A DNA stretch of 64,000 nucleotides from Phormidium sp. (lineage in GTDB: Bacteria; Cyanobacteriota; Cyanobacteriia; Cyanobacteriales; Aerosakkonemataceae), in NCBI GenBank assembly GCA_051013385.1, contig CP143273.1, positions 352,001 to 416,000 of the forward strand. The letters run 5' to 3'. Below, in pieces: positions 32,717 to 42,589 of the stretch (position 1 is the first letter of the stretch; every line of letters begins with the position of its first letter). The position numbers and the translations under genes are program-made. Below the pieces are notes generated by a model that ran no database searches, was not told where the DNA came from, and saw only the letters and a list, made by a program, of their open reading frames with translations.

Positions 32717-33472
32717 ATGACGATCTCAGCAGTATTACAACGTGCGTTTGACCAAGGTTACGCTTTAAAGGTGATCGGTGGTTTAAATAACTTCGATCGC
32801 CAGCGAGTAGCAGCAATTGTAAAAGCTGCCGAAATGGGGGGAGCTACCTTTGTTGATATCGCCGCTGATGCAGAATTGGTGAGACATTGCCGCCAAATTA
32901 CTAGCTTACCAATTTGTGTTTCGGCTGTAGAGCCAGAATTGTTTGTGCCAGCAGTAGAAGCGGGAGCAGATTTGATCGAAATTGGTAATTTCGATAGTTT
33001 CTACGCTCAAGGGCGGCGTTTTGAAGCTCCAGAGGTATTGGAGATTACTAAGGAAACGCGATCGCTCCTTCCCCATATTACCCTCTCTGTCACCGTTCCC
33101 CACATTTTAAGTCTGTCCGAACAAGTGCAATTAGCCGAAGCACTAGTCAAAGCAGGCGCAGACATCATCCAAACTGAAGGCGGTACTAGTGCCGCACCCA
33201 CCCACCCAGGCACATTAGGCATGATGGAAAAAGCTGCCCCCACCCTAGCCGCAGCCTACGAAATTTCCCGTGCCGTCTCAGTACCAGTGTTGTGTGCTTC
33301 CGGCATTTCCAGCGTTACCGCACCCCTAGCCATTGCCGCTGGAGCCAGAGGCGTTGGTGTTGGCTCTGCCATCAATCAATTAAACAGCGAAGTCGCAATG
33401 GTAGCAGCTGTTCGCAGCATCGTCGAAGCATTAGCGACAGAAGGCAGAAAGCAGAAGGCAGAGAAGTTTTAA
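32717..33472 (+). CDS. ycf23: Ycf23 / DUF561 TIM-barrel protein
   Basis: LKVIGGLNNFD, GATFVDIA, EIGNFDSFY, IQTEGG; the upstream part of the tracked ORF is repeat-derived. Confidence 0.88.
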   Translation: MTISAVLQRAFDQGYALKVIGGLNNFDRQRVAAIVKAAEMGGATFVDIAADAELVRHCRQITSLPICVSAVEPELFVPAVEAGADLIEIGNFDSFYAQGRRFEAPEVLEITKETRSLLPHITLSVTVPHILSLSEQVQLAEALVKAGADIIQTEGGTSAAPTHPGTLGMMEKAAPTLAAAYEISRAVSVPVLCASGISSVTAPLAIAAGARGVGVGSAINQLNSEVAMVAAVRSIVEALATEGRKQKAEKF

Positions 33473-33565
33473 GTTTTGAGTTTTGAGTTTTGAGTTAGGG
33501 AGAGTTTGGAGAGTTTTAAGCTTTGAATTCTCCTTCCTCTGCTCTGCTCCGAGAACTCCCCTGCA

Positions 33566-34735
33566 TTAAGCGAGAGCATCTTTCAAGGCATAAACTACCT
33601 GTTCTTGTTGCTGTTGTGTTAATTCCGGGAACATGGGCAAAGATAAAACTTGGTGGCAAACTTGTTCAGCTACGGGAAAACTGCCTGGTTGATAGCCTAA
33701 ATTTTGGTAAACTGGCTGCAAGTGCAGGGGAATGGGATAGTAAACCATTGAAGTAATGCCTTGCTGCTGCATTTTATTGCGTACTCGATCTCGTCGGGAG
33801 TTTGGCTCGGAGGTTTTATCTTGGTTTTCCGGGGCTAAGATGCGAATTGTGTATTGATTCCAGACACTTTTACCGCCTGGTAAACTCTGAGGTAAAACAA
33901 TTCCGGGGAGAGGTGCGAGTAAGTTTTGGTAACGGGCTGCTACTTGAGAACGTTGGGCATTCCAGGCTTCCAAATATGCTAATTTGACTTGGAGAATGGC
34001 AGCTTGTAGAGCATCTAAACGACTATTTACTCCGATTTCTTCATGGTAATAGCGACTTGGAGAACCATGCTCTTTTAACATTCTCACGGTAGCGGCTATT
34101 TTGCGATCGTTGGTTGTGATTGCGCCTCCGTCGCCAAATGCTCCTAAGTTTTTGGTGGGAAAGAAGCTAAAGCAACCGATATGACCTATGCTACCAATTT
34201 TGCGATCGCGCAGCGTGCCATCAGGCGTATCGCTCCAAGTCGCCCCCGTAGCTTGAGCACAGTCTTCGATAACAGCTAGATTATGCTTTTGCGCCACTGC
34301 CATCAACCAAGTCATATCCACAGGTTGCCCAAACAAATGCACTGGTAAAATTGCCTTAGTTTTACTAGTGATGGCAGCCGAAACTTGGTTAATATCTAAA
34401 TTAAAAGTTTGGGCATCAATATCCACAAACACTGGTGTTGCGCCCACCGTACTAATTGCCTCTGCGGTGGCTATAAAAGTAAAAGGCGTAGTAATCACTT
34501 CATCGCCAGCGCCTATTCCCAATGCCCGCAATGCTAAATACAGGGCATCACTGCCAGAATTACAGGATACAGCTTCAGAAACTCCAATGTAAGCCGCAAA
34601 CTGTTGCTCAAAGTTTTCTACTATGTTGCCACCAATATAACGACCTGAAGCCAGCACGCTCAATACGGCTGCATTTATTTCTTCCTCAATGGTTTTGTAT
34701 TGCTGGGCTAAGTCAATAGGGGGGATGTTGTTCAC
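33566..34735 (-). CDS. DegT/DnrJ/EryC1/StrS PLP aminotransferase
   Basis: CNSGSDAL, PVHLFGQ, EDCAQA, SFFPTKNLG, GVNSRLD. Confidence 0.93.
   Translation of the reverse strand: MNNIPPIDLAQQYKTIEEEINAAVLSVLASGRYIGGNIVENFEQQFAAYIGVSEAVSCNSGSDALYLALRALGIGAGDEVITTPFTFIATAEAISTVGATPVFVDIDAQTFNLDINQVSAAITSKTKAILPVHLFGQPVDMTWLMAVAQKHNLAVIEDCAQATGATWSDTPDGTLRDRKIGSIGHIGCFSFFPTKNLGAFGDGGAITTNDRKIAATVRMLKEHGSPSRYYHEEIGVNSRLDALQAAILQVKLAYLEAWNAQRSQVAARYQNLLAPLPGIVLPQSLPGGKSVWNQYTIRILAPENQDKTSEPNSRRDRVRNKMQQQGITSMVYYPIPLHLQPVYQNLGYQPGSFPVAEQVCHQVLSLPMFPELTQQQQEQVVYALKDALA
34205..34228. mobile_element. 24-nt SDR5-like insertion into a HIP1 site (in frame)
   Basis: GCG[ATCGCGCAGCGTGCCATCAGGCGT]ATCGC; removal leaves a single GCGATCGC; similar to the insert at 43681-43702. 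Confidence 0.7.
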
Positions 34736-34912
34736 TCGATTACCAGAAGTTTTGAAAGAGTTTTAGCGATAGAGAATAGCACTACCAAGAATTGTTACAA
34801 TCTCAAAATAATATAAGGCTAGTACGTCGCTCAAAGTCAAGAAATAAGATAATTATTCTATTCTTCTGCCCCTAGAGTTCCCCTGCCTTTTGAAATTACA
34901 GGACATTGACGA

Positions 34913-35686
34913 GTGGATTTAATTCAACTCAATCCCATAGACTTGGTTGTATCCTTGGGACTAATCGTGGTTGCCATTGGGTTGTCGGCTACGCAAAAAT
35001 TAGGGTTGGAATGGTCGATCGCCAGAAGCACGATACAAACGATCGTACAACTATTAGTGGTAGGCTACTTTCTGGCAGCAGCTTTCGAGTTTAAGAATCC
35101 TTGGGCTGTTTTGCTGGTTGTAGCTGTCATGCTGACAATTGCTGCCACAGTCGCCCGCAACCAAGTTAATCAAAGAATACCGCAAATATTACCAATTGTC
35201 TGGCTTTCTCTGTTGGTCAGCACTACCTTAACTCTGGTTTACATTAACCTTTTAGTGCTGCAACAAGAGCCTTGGTATGAACCTCAGTATTTCATCCCTT
35301 TAGCCGGAATTTTACTAGGAAATGCCATGAATGGTGCGGCTATTGCTCTAGAACGTTTGACTAGTTCCCTCAACTCTAATCGTTTAGAAGTTGAAACTCA
35401 TCTCAGTTTAGGTGCAACTCCCCAACAAGCTGTTGCTTTATACCGCAAAGAAGCAATTAAAGCCGCAATGATTCCTAATTTAAATACTATGTTGGTTGTA
35501 GGCGTGGTAACTTTACCGGGAACTTTTACCGGACAACTTTTAAGTGGAGTATACCCTTTAGACGCGGCTCTTTACCAAATGCTGATTTTGTTCATTCAGT
35601 TATTTGCCACTTTAATCACCACTTTTTTAGTAACTCAAGGCATTTCCCGGCAAGTTTTTAATTCAGCGGAACAGTTGAAGATTTAG
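34913..35686 (+). CDS. fetB: UPF0014 / FetB-type ABC transporter permease
   Basis: QLLVVGY, YFIPLAGILLGNAM, LSLGATP, GVVTLPG. Confidence 0.85.
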   Translation: MDLIQLNPIDLVVSLGLIVVAIGLSATQKLGLEWSIARSTIQTIVQLLVVGYFLAAAFEFKNPWAVLLVVAVMLTIAATVARNQVNQRIPQILPIVWLSLLVSTTLTLVYINLLVLQQEPWYEPQYFIPLAGILLGNAMNGAAIALERLTSSLNSNRLEVETHLSLGATPQQAVALYRKEAIKAAMIPNLNTMLVVGVVTLPGTFTGQLLSGVYPLDAALYQMLILFIQLFATLITTFLVTQGISRQVFNSAEQLKI

Positions 35687-35724
35687 TGGGGAACTGGGAC
35701 AGTTTTGAGTTTTGAGTTTTGAGT

Positions 35725-35758
35725 TTTGTAGGGGCAATTCATGAATTGCCCCTACAAA
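35725..35758. repeat. REP-like 34-bp perfect palindrome embedded in STRR repeats
   Basis: TTTGTAGGGGCAATTCATGAATTGCCCCTACAAA. Confidence 0.85.
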
Positions 35759-35812
35759 GTTTTCTTGCCCCTGTGCCCCTGTGCCCCTGTGCCCCTCTGC
35801 TCCCCTGCCTTC

Positions 35813-37753
35813 TCAAGTAGGTTTAGGACTATACTTGCCAATTAAAGCGCGAGTGTGATCGTAAATTTCTAGGGGTAAAACGGAATTTTCGCTAATTGCT
35901 TCTAGTGCTGATTGTAGAGTTTTTAAGTGATCGTCTACTCCGGCTAAGGTGTTAGCATCGCCATTTATGCCAGCACTCATGGCGGTTCTTCTGACGCTAT
36001 TTACATAAGCAGGTGTGAGGTAAACTTTAATGCCTTGACGAGTGACTATGTGATCGCAAATTTTCGGAGAAACGTTGCAAACTCGGTTTAAGTCAGTGTT
36101 AGCTTTTTGCAAAACTAAGGCAACTTTTAATCTGTCTTGAGCTTGATTTAAACTGCTGCTGTAACTATCAATTAGTGGTTGAGCTTGGGGATAGTAAAAA
36201 GTGCCTTTGGGGACTTGTTGCGCGTAAGTTAAAGCTCGTCGCCAACTGGATACTGCATCTGACAATTGATTTCTTTGTTCTTGGTTTTGGGCGAGGCTGG
36301 CTAGGGTGAGGGATTGATTATAAATGTTAGCAGAAATTTGTTCTTGATTTCTGCGATCGCGCACCGTTGCTAATTTCGTTTGGTAATTATCTAATAATTC
36401 CTGGGCTTCTTCATGCGCTGTGACACTTCTGGGAATTGATGATAGAGTAGCGATTGCTTTTTCCCAAATCGATTCTACTTCTTGCCAATTTTCTAATGAT
36501 TTGGCTGACACTTGCCGCAACTCTGCTGTTTGTGCCCCTTGCTTAGCAGCAACAATCTTATTTTCCGTAGTTTCCTCTAAATTAATTCGTTGATTTATTT
36601 CTCCTGAATTATCCCGATAACTCAGCAGTTTTTTCTGAGCCATAGCATAGACTGGGCTAGTTTTGGGAACTTGTTTTAATAAAGCAACTGACTGCTTCCA
36701 AAGTGAGTTTATCTCCTGCCATTCTGACGCTGAATGAGGATAATCTTGGCTGTTTTGTGCTGCTTCATCTGCCTTTTTCATCGCCATTAAAACCGGATCG
36801 ATCGCATTAGCTTGGTTTTGATAATTGGGCAATAATTTCTGTGCTTCCCCATAATAATTAGACCAGGGGGGAATACTTCCTAATAATTGATTAGCTGTGG
36901 TTAATTTCTGTTGAGATCTTTCTAAATCTTGTATCGTTTTGGCTTTTTTAATAGTTTGGTTTGCTTCTTGACCAAGTTGTTTTGCCGTTTTAATTTGGGG
37001 ACATGAGCCAATTACACAAGGACGACTAAACGCATAAAGACTGCTTAAAAAAGCGACTATTGTCACCGTAGCAGCTGCAATCACAAACTTGGGGGACAAG
37101 GAAATTTCTTTTGTTTGTGTTTTTGTAGTTCGTCGTCCTTCCGGGGTGATTAATGGCTCATAATCTGGTTCTGTTTCTGGTATCGCTTGACTTGGCGGTT
37201 CTTCCAAAGATAAATCCGCCATAGAGTCTGATTCAGTTTCAGATTCGGCAACTAAATTATTTAACGGAGTTAATTCATCCGGCTTCTGTTCATCAGTTTT
37301 TTCGGGATAAAACAGCGCGTTACTATCATTACTATCATTTTCTTGAGGAGTTTCTTCAGTTTCTTCGGATGCTTTACCTAACCAGCGAAATAAATCATCA
37401 AAATCATCATCATCATCATCATTTAAATCTGCATTGTTTAACCAAGCTGCTGATTTTTCAATAATAAAATCTTGCACAGCGCGGGGTTCTTTTTGCCCTA
37501 CTGCTCGTAAATAAAGCCGAACTTTTTCTGTAAATTCTGGTTGGGCTTGCTGAATACTTTGCTCTAGCACCCGAAATATTGGCTGAGCTTCCGGTGCTAC
37601 GGACTGGGAATGTTGCGCTAGCACCAATAGCACATCGTTTTGCAACATACATCTTACCTGAAGGCGGACTTCCCCCGCCAATTCTGCTTGTAAGCGTTCT
37701 TGTAAAAATTTGGCTAGTTCTTGGAGTTCACTGGGTCGGACGGCTGTTTGCAT
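35813..37753 (-). CDS. Hypothetical single-TM protein with helical (TPR/coiled-coil-like) C-terminal region
   Basis: Acidic linker, TM segment, RPCVIGSC, repeated W..A...L..IP/VP..Y..AQ units. Confidence 0.8.
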   Translation of the reverse strand: MQTAVRPSELQELAKFLQERLQAELAGEVRLQVRCMLQNDVLLVLAQHSQSVAPEAQPIFRVLEQSIQQAQPEFTEKVRLYLRAVGQKEPRAVQDFIIEKSAAWLNNADLNDDDDDDFDDLFRWLGKASEETEETPQENDSNDSNALFYPEKTDEQKPDELTPLNNLVAESETESDSMADLSLEEPPSQAIPETEPDYEPLITPEGRRTTKTQTKEISLSPKFVIAAATVTIVAFLSSLYAFSRPCVIGSCPQIKTAKQLGQEANQTIKKAKTIQDLERSQQKLTTANQLLGSIPPWSNYYGEAQKLLPNYQNQANAIDPVLMAMKKADEAAQNSQDYPHSASEWQEINSLWKQSVALLKQVPKTSPVYAMAQKKLLSYRDNSGEINQRINLEETTENKIVAAKQGAQTAELRQVSAKSLENWQEVESIWEKAIATLSSIPRSVTAHEEAQELLDNYQTKLATVRDRRNQEQISANIYNQSLTLASLAQNQEQRNQLSDAVSSWRRALTYAQQVPKGTFYYPQAQPLIDSYSSSLNQAQDRLKVALVLQKANTDLNRVCNVSPKICDHIVTRQGIKVYLTPAYVNSVRRTAMSAGINGDANTLAGVDDHLKTLQSALEAISENSVLPLEIYDHTRALIGKYSPKPT

Positions 37754-37942
37754 ATAACACCACCTTAATGTATTTAGAGTTGTGAAGAATTTGATATCTT
37801 GATCTTGAGATGGGCGAACTGCGTCTAAATTTATGCAATTCCTAATAATAACCAGTTCTCTTGACTGACGATCTGATCTATTTAATTCAGAGTACGCAAT
37901 TAGCCAAACCTTTTGGTTTAATCAATCTTTTAGTTTAATGCC

Positions 37943-38857
37943 ATGTCTAAAAATCACATTCCATTGTCTCAACAAGTTGTATTAATTACCGGAGCTTCTG
38001 CGGGAATAGGGGCTGCGTTGGCTCAGGTTTTAGCCCAAAATTTCCTGGGAATACGATTGGTCTTAGCGGCTCGTAACCAAGAAAAGCTGACTCATGTTGC
38101 CAATTACTGTAGCAAAGCTGGGGCCCAAGTGATGATAGTTCCTACAGATATGTCCCAAATTGAGGAAGTGGAAGCTTTGGCGCGAGCAGCTGTGCTACGT
38201 TTCGGCGGGGTGGATGTTTTGGTGAATAATGCTGGCTATGGTCAAATGGGGCCAATAGAGTTAATTCCGGCGGCGGCGACAAGGCGACAGTTTGAAGTGA
38301 ATTTATTAGGCCCACTGGCTTTAATTCGGGAGTTAATTCCTGTGATGCGCGATCGCGGTGGTGGCAGAATTGTTAATATTAGTTCTTTGGGAGGAAGATT
38401 GGCATTTCCCTTTGGCGGTTTGTACAGTTCCTCTAAATTCGCTCTCGAAGGTCTGAGCGATGCTCTACGTATGGAGTTGGAGCCATTCAACATCAAGGTT
38501 AGCGTGATTGAGCCGGGGCCTGTGACTACGGAATTTTTTGATGTCGCTGGTAAAGGGGTGCTCGAAATAGTCGCAGATCCCGAAAATACTCCCTACCGCG
38601 CCGCTTTCCGCCAGTTGGAAAAACTCCAAGAACGAACTAGTAGTCGCGCTTGGACTGCGGAACGAGTAGCCCTGGTAATTGTGAGATCGCTCACAGATAA
38701 TAATCCTCGACCAAGGTATACTGCTGCAACTGCTGGTGATTTTTTGTTGTTTATGATGACCAAAGTATTACCTACAAAATTTGTAGATCGCTTTTGGCAA
38801 AAGTTTTATGGCATCGATCTAGTGGCGAAAGATTGGCAGAAATCAACAACTTCTTAA
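37943..38857 (+). CDS. SDR family oxidoreductase
   Basis: TGASAGIG, NNAG, YSSSK. Confidence 0.92.
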   Translation: MSKNHIPLSQQVVLITGASAGIGAALAQVLAQNFLGIRLVLAARNQEKLTHVANYCSKAGAQVMIVPTDMSQIEEVEALARAAVLRFGGVDVLVNNAGYGQMGPIELIPAAATRRQFEVNLLGPLALIRELIPVMRDRGGGRIVNISSLGGRLAFPFGGLYSSSKFALEGLSDALRMELEPFNIKVSVIEPGPVTTEFFDVAGKGVLEIVADPENTPYRAAFRQLEKLQERTSSRAWTAERVALVIVRSLTDNNPRPRYTAATAGDFLLFMMTKVLPTKFVDRFWQKFYGIDLVAKDWQKSTTS

Positions 38858-38980
38858 AAGTAAGTAATGGGTCATTAGTGATTAGTTATTTGTTATTTGT
38901 GGATTTTCACCTATTGACCAATGACTAATGAGTAATGACCAATGACCAATGACCAATGACCAACTACCAATTAATTAAAA

Positions 38981-40135
38981 ATGGATTTATTAGAATATCA
39001 AGCCAAAGAGTTATTTCGTCAAATCTGCATCCCGGTTTTACCTTCCCAAAAAATCGATCATCCCAGAGAGATTAAAAGTTTGGAAATTCCCTATCCAGTA
39101 GTCCTGAAATCTCAAGTGCCGACTGGTGGTAGGGGCAGGGCTGGGGGAATTAAGTTTGTGGAAAATACGATCGATGCGATCGCCGCTGCCCAAACAATTT
39201 TTCGCCTCCCAATTATGGGCGAATATCCCGAAGTTTTACTCGCTGAAGCTAGATACAATGTCCAACAAGAATTATATTTGGCAGTAGCGTTAGATTACTC
39301 CTTACGTCGTCCCGTTTTACTGGGTTCTCCTAAAGGAGGCATGGATTTAGATTTAGTCATGAAACATCTGCAACAGGTGATAGTAGAAGATGAATTTTCT
39401 AGCTTTTATGCCCGGAAATTAGCCATGAAAATGGGATTACATGGGAATCTCATTCAATCAGTTAGTGCCATCATTGAAAAGATGTTTCACCTGTTTTTAG
39501 AAAAGGATTTAGACCTGGTAGAAATTAATCCATTAGGTGTTAGTCCTTCTGGAGAATTAATGGCTTTAGATGGCAAAATTACTGTTAATGATGCAGCTTT
39601 AGCTCGTCATCCTGACTTGTTAGTATTAGCTGAAAAAGTCAATTTACACAACAACATTAACAAATCTAAAAGCAATGGTTTTTGGGGATTAGATGGAAAT
39701 ATTGGCGTAATTTGCAATGGTAGCGGTTTGGCAATGGCAACATTAGATTTGCTCTACCAAACAGGCGGAAAACCTTTTGGTTGTATTAATTTGGGTGAAA
39801 ATCGTTTAGCTGAAAATCAATCCTGCCCTTTTAGCTGTTTGTTGCAAAAAAGTTTAGAAATTACCTGCAATCAAAATGGGATAAAGGTATTACTAATTAA
39901 CATCATGGATGGTTTAACTTCCTGTGAAGAAATCGCCGATGTTATTGTTAGTTATACTCAAAATGATGCTGGGGGATATCCTCATTTTGTCGTGCGGTTA
40001 GTTGGGAGTAACTTAGAAGCAGCAAAAGAGCGTTTAGCCGCTGTGGGAATTACTTTGCTAGAACAGTTAGATGAAGCAGTAGCGAAAGCAGTTTCTTTGG
40101 CAAAACCAACCGGAAAACGTCATTCGTCGAATTAA
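38981..40135 (+). CDS. sucC: Succinyl-CoA synthetase beta subunit
   Basis: MDLLEYQAKELF, GGRGRAGG, EINPL, LDGNIG..CNGSGLAMAT. Confidence 0.88.
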   Translation: MDLLEYQAKELFRQICIPVLPSQKIDHPREIKSLEIPYPVVLKSQVPTGGRGRAGGIKFVENTIDAIAAAQTIFRLPIMGEYPEVLLAEARYNVQQELYLAVALDYSLRRPVLLGSPKGGMDLDLVMKHLQQVIVEDEFSSFYARKLAMKMGLHGNLIQSVSAIIEKMFHLFLEKDLDLVEINPLGVSPSGELMALDGKITVNDAALARHPDLLVLAEKVNLHNNINKSKSNGFWGLDGNIGVICNGSGLAMATLDLLYQTGGKPFGCINLGENRLAENQSCPFSCLLQKSLEITCNQNGIKVLLINIMDGLTSCEEIADVIVSYTQNDAGGYPHFVVRLVGSNLEAAKERLAAVGITLLEQLDEAVAKAVSLAKPTGKRHSSN

Positions 40136-40379
40136 TCTACCTTTTGAACATCTACCTCTTGCCTGTTTTCTATTCGATAATCTCATACTGTAGGATCAAC
40201 CAATTGGGTGAAGTTTGTTTGAGCCTATCTGCTTTACTGTGAAGGTGAACTAAAGATCCTGCGGTTGAGAGATTACACTTATCCAAAAATTTTTTTGGAG
40301 ATTTTCTCTAAAATGTTTACTACAGACTGTGATGGTTAACAGTCTGCTTTACACTGTTTGTTAGAGTTTGGGAAAAACT

Positions 40380-41735
40380 ATGCAATTCTCACACAATGTC
40401 TATGATGTAGCGATTATTGGAGGTGGCATCTCTGGCACCGCCTTACTGTACAGCTTATCCAATTACACTAACATCGATCGCATTGCCTTAATTGAGAAAA
40501 ATCCTGGAGTTGCTTTAGTCAATTCTCATAAAACCAGCAATAGCCAAACCTTGCATTTTGGCGATATTGAAACTAATTATACTTTGGAAAAAGCTCGCAA
40601 AGTTAATCGCGCAGCGACTTTAGTCAAAAATTATCTGTTGCAGAATGATTCTCGCCAAGAAATTCACAGTAAATATCATAAAATGGTTTTGGCGATCGGC
40701 AAAGAAGAAACTGCCGAACTTCGCGCCAGATCCGAAGAATTTAAATCTTTGTTCCCGCAATTAAGATTAATTGAAAGAGAAGAAATTGCATTACTTGAAC
40801 CTAATGTAGTCAAAGGTAGAGCAGTTGATGAGGAAATTTTAGCTCTCTACACTGACGAAGGTTACACCATAGATTTCCAAAAATTAGCCCAATCTTTCCT
40901 GCAAAAATCAATTGTAAATGAACAAAAAACGATTGATTTGATGTTAGGAACCAAGGTGAAGAGTATCAAAAAAGAAGGCGAAATTTATCAGGTGGAAACG
41001 GACAAAGAAGCGATCGCTGCTAAAGTAGTAGTATTTGCTGCCGGAGCCTATAGTTTACTATTCGCCAAATCTCTTGGTTACGGCAAAGATTATGCGTTAT
41101 TAAATGTAGCTGGCAGTTTTTACCTCGCGCCAGGAGTTTTAAACGGCAAAGTCTACACAGTACAACTCAAAAAAATACCTTTCGCCGCCATTCATGGAGA
41201 TCCAGAAGTTCACGATGCCAGTCAAACAAGATTTGGCCCAACTGCTAAGGTAACTCCCCTATTAGAACAGGGGAAATATGGGACATTTTTTGATTATTTA
41301 AGAACTGCTGGACTCAGCATTGCTGCATTTTTGAGCTTCTTTAATATCCTTACTGAACCAGCAATTTTAAAGTATGTCGTGATGAATTTCATTTACGATA
41401 TACCTTTTATTGGCAAGCGTTTATTCCTGAAAGAAGTTCAGAAAATTGTGCCGACAATCAAAGTAGATGAAGTAACTCTCGCTAAAGGCTATGGCGGAAT
41501 TAGACCGCAAATTGTTAACCTGAAAACTCACCGTTTAGAAATGGGAGAAGCCAAAATTATTGGGGAGAATATCTTGTTTAATATTACTCCTTCACCGGGC
41601 GCTTCTACCTGTTTACAAAATGCGGAAGATGATACCGAAAAAATCGTTGCTTTCTTAGGTGAAGGGTACAGTTTCGAGAAACAGAAATTTGAGCAAGAAT
41701 TAGCCGATCGACGAGTTTTAGTTAACATTGGCTAA
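40380..41735 (+). CDS. mqo: FAD-dependent oxidoreductase, malate:quinone oxidoreductase-like
   Basis: IIGGGISG, NSQTLHFGDIETNY, PFAAIHGDP, GGIRPQ, ITPSPGAS. Confidence 0.65.
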   Translation: MQFSHNVYDVAIIGGGISGTALLYSLSNYTNIDRIALIEKNPGVALVNSHKTSNSQTLHFGDIETNYTLEKARKVNRAATLVKNYLLQNDSRQEIHSKYHKMVLAIGKEETAELRARSEEFKSLFPQLRLIEREEIALLEPNVVKGRAVDEEILALYTDEGYTIDFQKLAQSFLQKSIVNEQKTIDLMLGTKVKSIKKEGEIYQVETDKEAIAAKVVVFAAGAYSLLFAKSLGYGKDYALLNVAGSFYLAPGVLNGKVYTVQLKKIPFAAIHGDPEVHDASQTRFGPTAKVTPLLEQGKYGTFFDYLRTAGLSIAAFLSFFNILTEPAILKYVVMNFIYDIPFIGKRLFLKEVQKIVPTIKVDEVTLAKGYGGIRPQIVNLKTHRLEMGEAKIIGENILFNITPSPGASTCLQNAEDDTEKIVAFLGEGYSFEKQKFEQELADRRVLVNIG

Positions 41736-41751
41736 TTAAGCTGTAGACGCT

Positions 41752-41893
41752 GTAGAGACGTTTCATGAAACGTCTCTACTTTTTTCGCTTCATGAAACGT
41801 CTCTACTTTTTTCGCTTCATGAAACGTCTCTACTTTTTTCGCTTCATGAAACGTCTCTACTTTTTTCGCTTCATGAAACGTCTCTACTTTTTT
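41752..41893. repeat. REP palindrome followed by 27-nt tandem amplification
   Basis: GTAGAGACGTTTCATGAAACGTCTCTAC, then TTCATGAAACGTCTCTACTTTTTTCGC ~5x. Confidence 0.9.
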
Positions 41894-41916
41894 ATAGGTA
41901 CTTTTTAAAGGGGAAT

Positions 41917-42186
41917 CTACCAAAAATATAAAGTTTTTCCGGCTCTTTCGATCGCAATAGTTTGGATAGAGTATTTTAGTTTAGCGATCGCCATCCGTAA
42001 TTTTAACTGTTCTTCCTCAAGCCGCCAACTTGTTTGATAATCACTACAATTAATTACCAGTGTATCTGGAGTAGCAAAGGTATAAATTACCCCATCATCG
42101 TCTAAGCCGCTGACTTCTAGAATTCGCTGTCCCAACTTTCGAGCACAAGAGACTTGTTCAAGTAATATTTCTGCTATTGGATTCAT
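41917..42186 (-). CDS. Hypothetical protein
   Basis: 89-aa ORF with a GGAGG RBS upstream. Confidence 0.7.
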   Translation of the reverse strand: MNPIAEILLEQVSCARKLGQRILEVSGLDDDGVIYTFATPDTLVINCSDYQTSWRLEEEQLKLRMAIAKLKYSIQTIAIERAGKTLYFW

Positions 42187-42589
42187 TTTTTCCTCCGAAT
42201 TTTATCCATGAAAAGCCTGCCTTCAAACTATTGTCAGAAGGTTAAAGAATTAAAGAATCAATCAATACCTAAGCCATCTTCAAAATCAGGCGCGATTTGA
42301 AGCTAGTTTCTCTAATTCCTTTATTAAGACAGGCGAGAAAAAGTGTTTTGTCTATATTCTGTATCGTATTTTACGGTTTGCCCAAAAAATAGGTCTTGTT
42401 AAAGAAAATTTACAAAGGAGGAGTGCGATCGGATCTGAGGTTGCACCACGAAAGACTAAGGCTGGTGCAGTATTTTGGGTAGGGGAAATAAGTGTTACAT
42501 TAAACACTGTGGTTGCTGTCTTCCCGCAAGAAGCAACAGCATTAACAACAAGCGCCAGAAGTTCGCCTTCAACAACAAGGAAACAAAAA

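Noticed and set aside
41732..41923. 63-aa ORF (KKVETFHEA)n, or a CRISPR array
   Set aside because: Translation artefact of a 27-nt tandem repeat with no spacer diversity.
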